DNA of 64,000 nucleotides from Candidatus Latescibacterota bacterium (GTDB lineage: Bacteria; Latescibacterota; UBA2968; GCA-2709665): contig OZ244744.1 of NCBI GenBank assembly GCA_965219455.1, positions 2,112,001-2,176,000 of the forward strand, in the 5' to 3' direction. Made by a program: the position numbers and the translations under genes. The notes beneath the pieces are model-generated. The model ran no database searches and had not been told where the DNA came from. It worked only from the letters and a program-made list of their open reading frames with translations. This document shows positions 51,818 through 61,674 of this stretch, piece after piece. Every line of letters starts with the position of its first letter. Position 1 is the first letter of the stretch.

Positions 51818-52075
51818 TTGTTTAGAGTTGCTGCAATCATTGGTGGCTTGATTGGGTCGATCAGTGACATTCGATTCGTGCGTAATCTCCTGCTCGCGAT
51901 CCTGTGCGTTGTAGGTTGTATGGCTGGGCTTATCGTTCTTCAGGGGTGGCATCTGGGAATGGATGTGACAGTCAAGGGGCATGGTTGCGTCCAGCCGATC
52001 GTAACGTTTAAACCTCGACGCCCCGGATTGATCAAGAAGGTTCTCGTCGAGCACGGGCAAGACGTCAGACGTTAA
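51818..52075 (+). pseudogene. Truncated N-terminus of an HlyD-family membrane fusion protein
   Basis: TM followed by MDVTVKGHG.VQP...KP..PGLIKKVLVEHGQDV (first half of the biotinyl-like domain), then a stop. Confidence 0.6.
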
Positions 52076-52150
52076 GCGCAATTGTCCGGAAGACAACCGT
52101 TCTTCCGGATACCGACAAGCCCCTGGGCAGTTGGATTTTAGCCCAGGTGC

Positions 52151-53854
52151 CTATTCTTCGTCCTTAAACCTTCGGTACATAAATCGTAAAGCCTCTCTCG
52201 CCTTCTCACGGACCGGATAAGGGTCTCCGCGATAATATCCGTCGTGTTGGCTTATAGAGTCCAGTAGAGCATATACGAATGAGTCATTGATATATCTCAA
52301 AGCCGTGATTGCGTCAATTCGATAATGATGAAATTCTGAATGAGCGAATTCTACAAGGGCTGTTTTGAGACGTTCTTGCTTTTCGTTGTCGCGCAAAAAC
52401 GGTTGGTTGGCGTTCAACATTGCCTCGAATACTTTCGCGGCTTCTTTTTGGACGTGAGGTTTACGAGTATCACGGAGTATATACAGAAGCGGTTCGAACG
52501 AAGGTTCTCCAATATCCATTAAACCTTGTACTGCTGGCTTCATTGAGATATTCTGAATAAAGAATGGAACAAAACGAGGGTCTTTCTGCCAACCGGTCAT
52601 TAGCAGTAATTTCCATTCAATCAAACCTTCGTGATCTTGAAATTTCAGTTTTTCGCCAGTCTCACTGTCTGTGATGTCACCGGTAACAGGGTCTACATCC
52701 AGAAAATAGCGATCGATGATATAGAGTAGCATCGTGCGGGCATTTTCTGGCCAGGGCTCCCGTGGTAAGCGATACAGGCGATATACCATACTTTCCATAA
52801 CCAGAATATTCCCTTTAATGAGATCCTCGGCCCACTCAGCATATTCTGAATCCATAGGGAATTCATTGCCGATTGTTTCTACTTCATCGTAAATATTGAT
52901 CGATCGGGCATAGCTGTGCAAATAAGTGATCTCATGCACTATTATCATTTTGTTTCGATAGGTATCGATCGAAATTGGATTCCAGTATTTGGGATCCATA
53001 AAACCTATGTCCAATGGTTCCCGCTGTATAAATCCGTGCTCCGCAAAGGTGATTGCTGTCACGCGTCTCGGTTCCTCGGTTAATTCAAGGATTCGTCCTT
53101 TGTGGTCAACTGTTATTTGAGAATGTTCTTCTTGTCGGCGGATAGTTCTCGAAGGACTATTGGGTGTTACGCTGAGGACTTCAAAGTCATGAACTTTAAT
53201 ATCCCAATTCTGGCCAAAGGTGCTTATAAGGATTTCGTCATTACCATCTTTGTCTACATCACCGAGGTTTAACCCACCCCAGTAGATTCCGGATTGATTT
53301 GACAATTGCGTGACCGTGATTGCGAAATCTTCGGTAATATTCGACCATCGGCCGATCTTTAATGTGGCTTTATTAATGCCATCATTTTCGGCAAAAACAA
53401 CCTCGTCCTGACCATCACCATTAATGTCACCCATTGCCAGGAGACCGATCACGTTATCACGAGGAATCAATAACTTCTGGTATTCATATTTCCCCTTACT
53501 TAAGTAAATTCCAAGTAGATATTGCGTTGTTTTCATATCCTTAAGCCCAAATCCTGCGACCACGAAATCTAACTGGCCGTCTCCATTTAAGTCGCCGGTA
53601 TCAAAACTACGGGCCGCAACAAATGTCTCGTGATCTTCCCAGACTTTCTCTACTCTACTATGTGGTTTAAATGCATTAAACAGCGCCAATCTTGTCGGCC
53701 AGAAACAAATCAACCTTACTGTGTCAGGATCTATAATCTCGATAGTTGCTTTATCTGTTCCGTCGAATTCGTACCATCTGAAAAACCTTGAGTCAGCAAA
53801 TAAGGGTTGTGTGAGAATCAATAAAGTGACAGAAATTATGAGTGAATTATTCAT
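52151..53854 (-). CDS. Secreted FG-GAP/VCBS repeat protein with C-terminal HEAT-like repeats
   Basis: Signal MNNSLII..LFA; GDLNGDGQLD, GDINGDGQDE, GDVDKDGNDE; HEAT-like RIDAITAL, VREKAREAL; AT-rich. Confidence 0.78.
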   Translation of the reverse strand: MNNSLIISVTLLILTQPLFADSRFFRWYEFDGTDKATIEIIDPDTVRLICFWPTRLALFNAFKPHSRVEKVWEDHETFVAARSFDTGDLNGDGQLDFVVAGFGLKDMKTTQYLLGIYLSKGKYEYQKLLIPRDNVIGLLAMGDINGDGQDEVVFAENDGINKATLKIGRWSNITEDFAITVTQLSNQSGIYWGGLNLGDVDKDGNDEILISTFGQNWDIKVHDFEVLSVTPNSPSRTIRRQEEHSQITVDHKGRILELTEEPRRVTAITFAEHGFIQREPLDIGFMDPKYWNPISIDTYRNKMIIVHEITYLHSYARSINIYDEVETIGNEFPMDSEYAEWAEDLIKGNILVMESMVYRLYRLPREPWPENARTMLLYIIDRYFLDVDPVTGDITDSETGEKLKFQDHEGLIEWKLLLMTGWQKDPRFVPFFIQNISMKPAVQGLMDIGEPSFEPLLYILRDTRKPHVQKEAAKVFEAMLNANQPFLRDNEKQERLKTALVEFAHSEFHHYRIDAITALRYINDSFVYALLDSISQHDGYYRGDPYPVREKAREALRFMYRRFKDEE

Positions 53855-54007
53855 AGTGGCCTGACTGCTGTCGGAATGTCGATTGGCAGAGAATTCTGGA
53901 CTTGAACATAGCGTTGGATTCTGAAATAACACCGGCGATTAAGACCCCCCTACGTGCCAATGGAGTGAGACGATGTTCCCTGCAAGTTTAGGGCGTCCGC
54001 AAAAATA

Positions 54008-55699
54008 TCACCCCCCGTATTTGGAGATGAGATCCACAGCGGCCTCATCTCCTTTTTTCTGCGCCCAGGCGAGGGGCGTGGCCCATTCGGCGCCGGCCAG
54101 CGTGGGATCGGCCCCGCGTTCGAGATAGAGACGGGCCAGATCGCATTTGCCCCATCTGACCGCCCAGCCAAGCGGTGTGGACTGAAGGAGTTCGTCGATA
54201 ACGTTAAGATCGGCGCCGTGGTCCAGAAGGATGATGGCAAAGGCGATCCGTTCGGGTTCGGTCATAATCGGTTCTCCCCAGACAACGCCGCAGGCCGCCA
54301 GATGATGAGTAAGCCGGTACCCGAAACGACCCACGAGATTGGGGTTTACGCCGTAGTCCAGAATCATTCGAAAGATTTCGGGATAGACCGTACGATCGAA
54401 GTCGCGGAATTTGCGGTGGGGATTCGTCCGCCAGAGTCGAAGGGGCTGTTCGAGCAGGCTGAACCAGCGGCTGTCATCGGGTTCCCAATCGAGTTGCCGC
54501 AGGCACATCCCCACAATATTCGGGTCGCCGCCGCATCCTGCGGCCCAGAGCAGCTTCTCCGCGATCGACGGGTCGTTGTGGAGGGCAACGGCAGCGGCCG
54601 ACGTCTCGGCTTCGAGTCCGGCAGTGGTGTGATCCAGGATCCCGCCGTATCGAAACAGCAGTCCCTTCATCCGGTCGTCGCGGTTGTTGTACGCCGCGCC
54701 CACGGGATTCGCGCTGGCATAGATGCTGGCGTTGGGATCCGCGCCGTTCTCGAGCAGGAGTTCGGCGATTTCATAACGGGAATTGCCCGCCGCATTGGAC
54801 AGGGGCTCGCCCCACGAATACGGCCTGGATTCGTAGTGCTGCAACTGATGCCTGTCGTCCGGGTGCAGACCCAGGTCGAGCAGCAGGCGTACTATGTCGA
54901 TATCGTCGTTCTGGACGGCGATCTGCAGAAGCCCGTCCCGCTCGCTGTCGTTGGACTGAAAGCGTTCCGGATGCGCCCTTGCGAACGCGCGAACGAAGTC
55001 GAAGTCGCCAAGTGCGACCGCGGATTCGATCGATTGCTCGCATCCCGCCTGCAGCAGGATGCCCGTGCAGATCAGACACCCTTCGTTGAGCGGCCTGTTG
55101 CGCCCGCGTACATTGAGGACCGCGCCGTCGAGGGGCGATTGGCCCTCGGGCGTGAGATGCGTGATATCGGCGCCCCGATCGAGCAGTTCGCGAACCAGCC
55201 GGTAACGGCCGTGCGACGCGGCCGCGTGAATCACGCTGCCGCCATTTCGATGACACGCATCCAGCAGTTCGGGCTGACGGTCCAGGATGTCGAGCGCGGC
55301 CTTCTCCCGCCCCTCCCGGACGGCTTCGAACAGCGCGTCGTTTTCTTCGGTGATGGTAATATTCTTGCAGGCGGCCAGCTTGCGTTTTTCGTCTTCCGCC
55401 CTGATCACGTGGACGATTTCGTCCAGGCCGCGTTCCTGCGCCATCGTAAACGCGCCGGTGGCGTCGCGGTGGGGGTAGATGCCCGAATTGTGGTCCGCGC
55501 CCGCTTCCATGAGAACCCGGACCGCATCGGCGTGCCGGTTCATCACCGCGTAGTGAATCGCGCGGTGTTCGTTGTTCTCAGCCATGTGCACGTTCACCAG
55601 ATCGGGCTGCTCGCCAAGTATCTGCTTAATCCGCGAGACATCGCCGCTCCCTGCCGCCTTACAAAGATCTGCGACCCTGTAGGATCCGTTGCCGGCCAT
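54008..55699 (-). CDS. Ankyrin repeat protein
   Basis: Many ANK repeats (AIHYA..VRVLMEAGAD, IHAAA..LLDRGAD, TPLGWA..YLERGADP). Confidence 0.92.
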   Translation of the reverse strand: MAGNGSYRVADLCKAAGSGDVSRIKQILGEQPDLVNVHMAENNEHRAIHYAVMNRHADAVRVLMEAGADHNSGIYPHRDATGAFTMAQERGLDEIVHVIRAEDEKRKLAACKNITITEENDALFEAVREGREKAALDILDRQPELLDACHRNGGSVIHAAASHGRYRLVRELLDRGADITHLTPEGQSPLDGAVLNVRGRNRPLNEGCLICTGILLQAGCEQSIESAVALGDFDFVRAFARAHPERFQSNDSERDGLLQIAVQNDDIDIVRLLLDLGLHPDDRHQLQHYESRPYSWGEPLSNAAGNSRYEIAELLLENGADPNASIYASANPVGAAYNNRDDRMKGLLFRYGGILDHTTAGLEAETSAAAVALHNDPSIAEKLLWAAGCGGDPNIVGMCLRQLDWEPDDSRWFSLLEQPLRLWRTNPHRKFRDFDRTVYPEIFRMILDYGVNPNLVGRFGYRLTHHLAACGVVWGEPIMTEPERIAFAIILLDHGADLNVIDELLQSTPLGWAVRWGKCDLARLYLERGADPTLAGAEWATPLAWAQKKGDEAAVDLISKYGG

Positions 55700-55812
55700 C
55701 TCTGTTCCTTTCCGGGTTTGCACGTCATCCAATTCCGATAGCGAAGCCGTCACCCCCCGGCGTATAAACCTGAACTCGAATTCCCGCAACCGGAGGCGTC
55801 ACCGCGAATAGT

Positions 55813-56366
55813 TCAAAGTCCGTATTCGAATGTGAGTTCCTTCTTCACATCCGTTCTCTCGACACTTTCCCTGATATCCTCCATCATCTCCAGCCACCTG
55901 TGTTTCTTGAATTTCCCGAAGTCAAAGACGAATCCCGGGAGCGCCCTGCTCTCGATCCGGCCGGCTCCTGCCCCAGAACCTCGAACTTCCCGCCTCGAAG
56001 CTGGTACCACGTCGCCGGTTTTCCGTTCTCCACGAACAATGCCTCCTGGACTCCTGAAGCCTCATATATCTGAAGTTTTTTGCCCAGGTTGGTAAATGCG
56101 TGCTTGGACTCCATTTCCAGTACGAAATTCGGCGACCCCTCGTAGACCTGGTGATCGTGGTTCTTTTTGCAGATTTGCCTGGGTCCGTTTCTGCGCACGA
56201 TCACGCCCACGTTTGGATAGACCATACAATCCGACTTACCGCCATAACTTAGCCTTACCGGAGGGAAGAGGACCACGTCCATACCTGTAGCGAGCATACG
56301 ATAGTAATTGATTACGGTAAGCACGTCCGTGTGATGTCGCGAAACGTTCGCATCGGGTATCCACAT
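55813..56366 (-). pseudogene. Uma2-family endonuclease, frameshifted near 55960
   Basis: EGSPNFVLE..S...KKLQIYE..GVQE in one frame; the typical tail GRIESRALPGF.FD is in another frame. PD motif reads PN. Confidence 0.7.
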
Positions 56367-56447
56367 GATTATCCTCCCTCTACGTCAATTCCGTTCGTGG
56401 TCATCCCGGTTCCTTTCTCAATACGTCCTCAATCTGACTGGACGTTT

Positions 56448-58841
56448 TCATTCGTGGCGCAGAGCTTCTATGGGATTCGCACTGGAGGCTTTAAAGCACT
56501 GGAATCCGACAACCAGCGACGTGGCGAAAACAGATCCCAATGCGCTGACAACAAAGGGGAACACGCCCATGTTTGCGCGATAGGCGAAATCTTGCAGCCA
56601 GTCTTGCATGAGGACATAAGCAAACGGCCATGCGATGAGATTGGCGAAAAGCACCAGCCTTGTGAATTCGGCACCCAATAAGATCGCGATTTTGGCGATG
56701 GATGCACCGAAGACTTTGCGAATGCCAATCTCTTTGCGGCGGCGTTCGCCCGTGTGGGCGGCAAGCCCAAGCAGGCCAATATAGGCGATGAGAAAAGAGA
56801 CTACGAACCCTACGGCAAATATGCGTTGAAAGCGCCGGTATTTGCCGTAATTGATCTCCAACCGGTCATCGAGAAACGCATACATGAATGGACGAACCGG
56901 GATATAGGTTTTCCAGATTTCTTCGAGGCCCTGCATGGTTTCGCCGATGTTTCCGGTAGCGAGTCGCAAGTTGACCACGCGAAATGAACGTGGGCGCAAA
57001 ACAAAGGCATTGGCGCGTAGTTTTTCAGTCAGCCGGCGCATATGAAAGTCTTCTACGACGCCGATGATCCAGCCTTCATTGTCGAGAAGTTTGAACGGTT
57101 TTCCAACGGGGTTTTCAAGTCCGAATTTCTCGACCGCTGTCTCGTTGAGAATATAAGCACTTTCAAAATCACTCTTGGTGTCAACGGAAAAATTGCGCCC
57201 CGCAAGGATATCAACGCCGATCATGGGGAATAGATCTTCGTCAATACCGTATTGCCGTATCTCAAAAGCAGCGCCTGATGGATCCAGGACCATTTCTTTT
57301 CTGCTTGTCCAGCCTTCGCCTGGAAGGCTGGCAGATGCGGCTGCGGCGAGCACATTGGGGTGTTTGAGAAAGCGCTGTTTCACTTCGTTGTAGGTATTTC
57401 TTAGCGACCCATCGACGTCAAAGATGCGAAGCGCGAGGATGTTTTCTTTCTTAAACCCCAGGTCTTTTTGCAGGACATAGTCGAGTTGGACAAAGGCGAC
57501 AAGAGCGACAAAGACGAGAAAAATGGAGATGGCAAACTGGAAGATCACAAAAACCTTGCGCGGGAATGATCCGCTGGACCCTGAGGCGGTTTGGCTGTGC
57601 AGTGCGGTAATAGGGGAAAATCGGCTGAGGAGAAAGGCTGGATAAATGCCCGAGAACAGACCAACCAGAACCGTTGCAGCCAAGAGTACAATCGCCATGT
57701 CCGGCTCTAAAAACACAGAGAGTGTATCCGTTTGGCCCACGATTTGTTGCAAGAAAGGCAGGGTTATGCCCGTGAGGATGAGGCACAAGGGCAGTGCGAG
57801 AAAGGTGAGCAAAACAGACTCAAGGAGGAATTGGAATGCCAATTGTCGTTGACCTGCACCGACGACCTTTCGCATACCCACTTCCTTGGCCCGAAGGGCC
57901 GCGCGCGCGGTAGAGAGATTGATAAAGTTGATACAGGCGACGAATAAGACGAGCATGCCAATGGCGGCGAGGGTGCGAACCGCTTTGAGATCGCCGGCGC
58001 CAATGCCGGTACCCGGACCACCGATGCCTTCGGGGAAGTCTTCAGGGCCATAGAGACGCGTACGCAAGAGTGATTGCAGGCGATGGCTGGTTGTGTTTTC
58101 CGGGTTTTCTTCGGGTACGAACAGCGCGCGCAATTTCTGTTCGGTTCGTTCCGGACTGGCATCCGTGCGCAGACGGATAAAGGTTTGCACCCAGTGAAAT
58201 GAGGTGCGGAATTCCCAGTTGGACCAGGCATCGCGGACGCCTGCCGGCAGGGTTGCGGTTACAAAGTGAGGGTTAAAATGCGTGTTGCGCGGTTGCTCGT
58301 CTAAAATACCGGTGACAATGTAATCGCCCCACTGACATTCGAGCACTTTGCCCATGGGGTCTTCCCCGGTCGGGAAGAATTCGACAATGGCTTCTTGCGA
58401 GATGACCACACCGCCGGGTTGTTCGAGAGCTTTGTGGAGATCGCCACGCTTTAATCTGATCCCCCAGAATACGAGATAGTTGGGATCGGTGTACCAGAAG
58501 GAACGGCGTTGGGCAAACTGGCGATATTGCACCCACCGATGGCCCGGACGGATGCGGTTGGCAGATTCAATTTCGGCGATGGATTCGATCATTTTTGGGG
58601 TGAGCGCACCGTGAGTGTCGATCTGGAAATCCATTTTGTAGGGGGTGGTCAGTTGCCGCAATACCCGAAAGGTGCGACCGGCCCCGGGACGAAAGGTGTC
58701 GTAGCTGATTTCGTGGGCGACATAGAGCCACGTTAGGAGCATGCACGTGAGACCAACGCTCAAGCCGAGGAGATTGGCCAGAGTATACAAACGCTGGCGA
58801 ATGATGTGCCGGATGGCGACTGTGAGAAAGTTGCGTAGAAT
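56448..58841 (-). CDS. ABC transporter permease (MacB/FtsX duplicated type); apparent ATT start
   Basis: ILRNFLTVAIR..NLLGLSVG, ACINFINL.TA....RAKEVGMRKVVGA, RRKEIGIRKVFGAS, NPIEALRHE. The frame extends upstream only to ATT 58841 (two codons further is TAA). Confidence 0.88.
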   Translation of the reverse strand: MLRNFLTVAIRHIIRQRLYTLANLLGLSVGLTCMLLTWLYVAHEISYDTFRPGAGRTFRVLRQLTTPYKMDFQIDTHGALTPKMIESIAEIESANRIRPGHRWVQYRQFAQRRSFWYTDPNYLVFWGIRLKRGDLHKALEQPGGVVISQEAIVEFFPTGEDPMGKVLECQWGDYIVTGILDEQPRNTHFNPHFVTATLPAGVRDAWSNWEFRTSFHWVQTFIRLRTDASPERTEQKLRALFVPEENPENTTSHRLQSLLRTRLYGPEDFPEGIGGPGTGIGAGDLKAVRTLAAIGMLVLFVACINFINLSTARAALRAKEVGMRKVVGAGQRQLAFQFLLESVLLTFLALPLCLILTGITLPFLQQIVGQTDTLSVFLEPDMAIVLLAATVLVGLFSGIYPAFLLSRFSPITALHSQTASGSSGSFPRKVFVIFQFAISIFLVFVALVAFVQLDYVLQKDLGFKKENILALRIFDVDGSLRNTYNEVKQRFLKHPNVLAAAASASLPGEGWTSRKEMVLDPSGAAFEIRQYGIDEDLFPMIGVDILAGRNFSVDTKSDFESAYILNETAVEKFGLENPVGKPFKLLDNEGWIIGVVEDFHMRRLTEKLRANAFVLRPRSFRVVNLRLATGNIGETMQGLEEIWKTYIPVRPFMYAFLDDRLEINYGKYRRFQRIFAVGFVVSFLIAYIGLLGLAAHTGERRRKEIGIRKVFGASIAKIAILLGAEFTRLVLFANLIAWPFAYVLMQDWLQDFAYRANMGVFPFVVSALGSVFATSLVVGFQCFKASSANPIEALRHE

Positions 58842-58844
58842 GTC

Positions 58845-59073
58845 TTATTCCTGGCTCAATACATCGACGGGGTTGGTACGGGCCGCCTTCCGGGCAAGAT
58901 GAGCCACCGTTGCAATGGCGATACTGTGCCGAGGCAAGTCCAGACTCGCGGCGGCCGCGTCAATGCAAGGGATATCGGCAGGGCGACCAGGGAGAAAAGC
59001 ACGGACTCGCATAGGAATTGGCCCATCACCTGCCCGCGCTGCGAACCGCGACTGTAAGGAAGTTGTATAGAAT
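58845..59073 (-). pseudogene. Collapsed paralogous ABC permease (three non-contiguous fragments)
   Basis: ILYNFLTVAVR (N-term), RGQVMGQFLCESVLFSLVAL (first FtsX domain) and ATVAHLARKAARTNPVDVLSQE* (C-term), in three different frames. Confidence 0.75.
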
Positions 59074-59081
59074 CGTTGAAC

Positions 59082-59256
59082 CCAGTGTTCTGTCCCGGAA
59101 ATAGGTTGCCTGAATTCGGCCGACGAGTCGCCCGGCTGGCAACCCTTCGACAGGCTCAGCACAAGCAACACAGCGAGACGGGATGAATAGGCCTGCCTGC
59201 TGAAGCATGCGAGGCAGGCGGAAGATTGGTGTCATATTTCTGGAACGAGACACTTG
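59082..59256. mobile_element. MITE family A, most complete copy
   Basis: Imperfect TIRs AGTGTTCTGTCCCGGAAATA / TATTTCTGGAACGAGACACT enclosing the shared modules. Confidence 0.72.
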
Positions 59257-59259
59257 AGT

Positions 59260-60048
59260 TCAGGACTCCCAGACAAAAACCTTTTTGTAGTAGACGATCT
59301 CAAATCCGTTGCGTTCGAGGTTGCCCAACGATGTTTTCAGCATTACGAGGGTCTCGCTGCAGGCCACACGGCATCCCAGGTCCGCGGCACGATTCAGGCG
59401 GGCTCGTATAAGTGAATTCTGTCCGCCTTTTCTTCTGTGCGCCTCGGCGGTTCCTGCCCACCCGAGATAGGCGAAGTCGCCGTGATGGGCGAGTATCGCG
59501 GCGCTGACAGGCGTACCCGCGTCATACGCCAGGAAATGGTCGAATCCGGGTTGATCGACACTTTCAAGGAAAAACGTGCAGGGCCACGGATCGAATATGC
59601 GGAGAATCGCATCCTTGTAATTCTCAACCTCATGCCCCGATACGCGGCACACGTCAAGATGGGTCTGGAAAGGCGCCACTTTTTCGACGGGACGAATCAG
59701 CGTCGGATACCGGGTGCCTCCAAATGGTTTCAGACGGTTGCCCCGGAGCCACTCGATAATTTCCTCTTCCTGGGGATTCGGGCTCAGCCAGAAAAAAAAC
59801 CGTTCGGTCCCCGATTGCCTGAATACATCCAGTATGTTCAGGAGATCCGTCCGGGAAACCGTGGTCCCGCACCCGAAGAAAAATACGCCGTTTCGATTCG
59901 CCGATGGATACGGCGATGATGCGGAAGGAGGATCGACCGTGACGATGGCGTTTCCGACGATCTTATGGATCTTCGAACCGGGCGGCGCACAGCCGAGTTC
60001 CTTGTGCTTGATCTCCGTCAGAAGTTGCACGATTTCATCGGGTCTCAT
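59260..60048 (-). CDS. GNAT-family acetyltransferase
   Basis: [20 protein letters not shown] (motif A), S..NLER.GF. Confidence 0.85.
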   Translation of the reverse strand: MRPDEIVQLLTEIKHKELGCAPPGSKIHKIVGNAIVTVDPPSASSPYPSANRNGVFFFGCGTTVSRTDLLNILDVFRQSGTERFFFWLSPNPQEEEIIEWLRGNRLKPFGGTRYPTLIRPVEKVAPFQTHLDVCRVSGHEVENYKDAILRIFDPWPCTFFLESVDQPGFDHFLAYDAGTPVSAAILAHHGDFAYLGWAGTAEAHRRKGGQNSLIRARLNRAADLGCRVACSETLVMLKTSLGNLERNGFEIVYYKKVFVWES

Positions 60049-60369
60049 GTTGGGGTCGAGAACGATCTCTCGTCCAGATGGGGTTTCAGAAACTGTCCCG
60101 TAAATGACTGCCGAACCGCGGCAACCGCCGCCGGCGGGCCGGTCGCGACAACGCGTGCGCCGTGCACCCCGGGTCCGGGGCCCATTTCGATGATATGATC
60201 GGCGGCGCGTATGGTATCCTCGTCGTGCTCGACGACGATGACCGTGTTCCCGATGTCTCGGAGTTGCCGCATGGTGCTGATCATCTTGGCGTTGTCTTTC
60301 GGGTGCAAACCGATGCTGGGCTCATCGAGTACGTACAACATGCCCATGAGCCCCGAGCCGATCTGCGAG
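60045..60369 (-). pseudogene. uvrA: uvrA remnant
   Basis: [24 protein letters not shown]......[25 protein letters not shown] (NBD1-type), ending [11 protein letters not shown]. Confidence 0.85.
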
Positions 60370-60607
60370 GAACGGTTTGCGCCTGGATGTTGACGTCATC
60401 TTCGCAGAGTGTAACATGGCCTTGTTTTTGTCTATCCTGCATGATGATCCACAGGTCGATATCCGAGTTCTCCCAGACTTCGTCGTAGGACAGACTGCCA
60501 AAGAGTATCGCCGCGAGTACCGTTCGGTCTTTTTCAAGTTTTCCGACCAGAGACAATAGTGCTTTCCGGTAGCGCCTCCGGATGACTTCCGGCTCGAAAT
60601 GAGACAT
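60365..60607 (-). pseudogene. Truncated nucleotidyltransferase-domain protein fused out of frame to the uvrA remnant
   Basis: AILFGSL......SDIDL motif. RBS GGAG before ATG 60607. Similarity switches to uvrA at CCTCGCAG (~60363-60370). Confidence 0.7.
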
Positions 60608-60644
60608 GGTAACTCCACCATATAGTGTATGGGAAGGAGCACGT

Positions 60645-60673
60645 GATATACGCAGGTTCGAATCAGGTGTCAA
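60645..60673 (-). promoter_or_regulatory. Sigma70-type promoter for the NTase/uvrA/GNAT unit
   Basis: Minus strand TTGACA-17 bp-TATATC. Confidence 0.55.
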
Positions 60674-61274
60674 GGTCAATTACCGGAAAGCGCAGGCGTC
60701 CGCGGGTGGGCGGGGAACGACCACTGGAATGCCGGATAACAGGCGAAGAAACCGAGTTTTCACACGACTGTTACGTGGGGTTGGAAAACCGGAGTATTCC
60801 GGCTCCCCGCCGTAACCTGAGCGAGATTTTTAAACCGCTAAACGACGTCGTACACATTCCTGGCGCAAAACCACAAAACCGGGCGATCGACACACCGATC
60901 GCCCGGTTCAATTTGCGAAGATCGCTCGGTCCGTTTCGCTAACGGCATTTACGGGATTGCCGCGCGCGAAGCCAGCCAGATTTCCGCGAAATTCCGCCTA
61001 AAGACCCCGCAGAATTCTCCCTCCTCACCGGTTTTGCCCAAGTAAAACGTGAATGCTCTGAAACAAGCGGATTGGTTGTTCGCGGTTCCTGATACGATTC
61101 GGCCGAACGTAGGGGTACTACCTGCAAGTTAAACGCTCTCGCAATTCTTGGATAGAAGTGTAATCTTTCGATTAGATCCCGCGCGAACGACCATGGGTCC
61201 GCACAAAATTCGGAAATTTGAGTCACGTTGTATTCTCAGTTGTATTCTCATGTATATTGAAGAGTTTAACGATA

Positions 61275-61661
61275 TCACCCCGTCGGCATCAATACCAACT
61301 TACTGAGAAGAGCCAGTTTCCTCGCGATGCTCTGCCGTTCACTCTTGTTCGCCGGGAACGGTGTGATATTGGCATGTAGTTCATGAGGCTGTGTATCCGG
61401 AATGACGTTGAGGCTGTTTTCATAAACATGCTGTGCCAAAAAATCCGCCCTTGCTTTTATTCTTCGTTCCTCGGTTTCAACGTAATCTCTGCCAATTGAC
61501 CAGACTTCGCGGTCAGCGAGGGATGAAATGCGATACACCGAAATTTGGTCGCTGTTTGATGGAGGAATAAATGCACCGAATTTTACGACCCTGTTCATAA
61601 CTGAAAATTGTCTTCTATAGAATATATATCGGGCAATTTTTTCACCTGGTGAAACATCCAT
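61275..61661 (-). CDS. Hypothetical protein, putative ADP-ribosyltransferase-like fold
   Basis: IARYI ... AFIP ... ISVYR ... HANI spacing; third gene of an AT-rich operon. Confidence 0.65.
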   Translation of the reverse strand: MDVSPGEKIARYIFYRRQFSVMNRVVKFGAFIPPSNSDQISVYRISSLADREVWSIGRDYVETEERRIKARADFLAQHVYENSLNVIPDTQPHELHANITPFPANKSERQSIARKLALLSKLVLMPTG

Positions 61662-61674
61662 ATAAAGTTCTCAA

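Noticed and set aside
54218-55741. 507-aa plus-strand ORF
   Set aside because: Antisense shadow of the high-GC ankyrin gene.
61227-61250. 12-bp tandem duplication GTTGTATTCTCA
   Set aside because: Two copies only, with no matching copy at the other side of the operon to define an att site or TSD.
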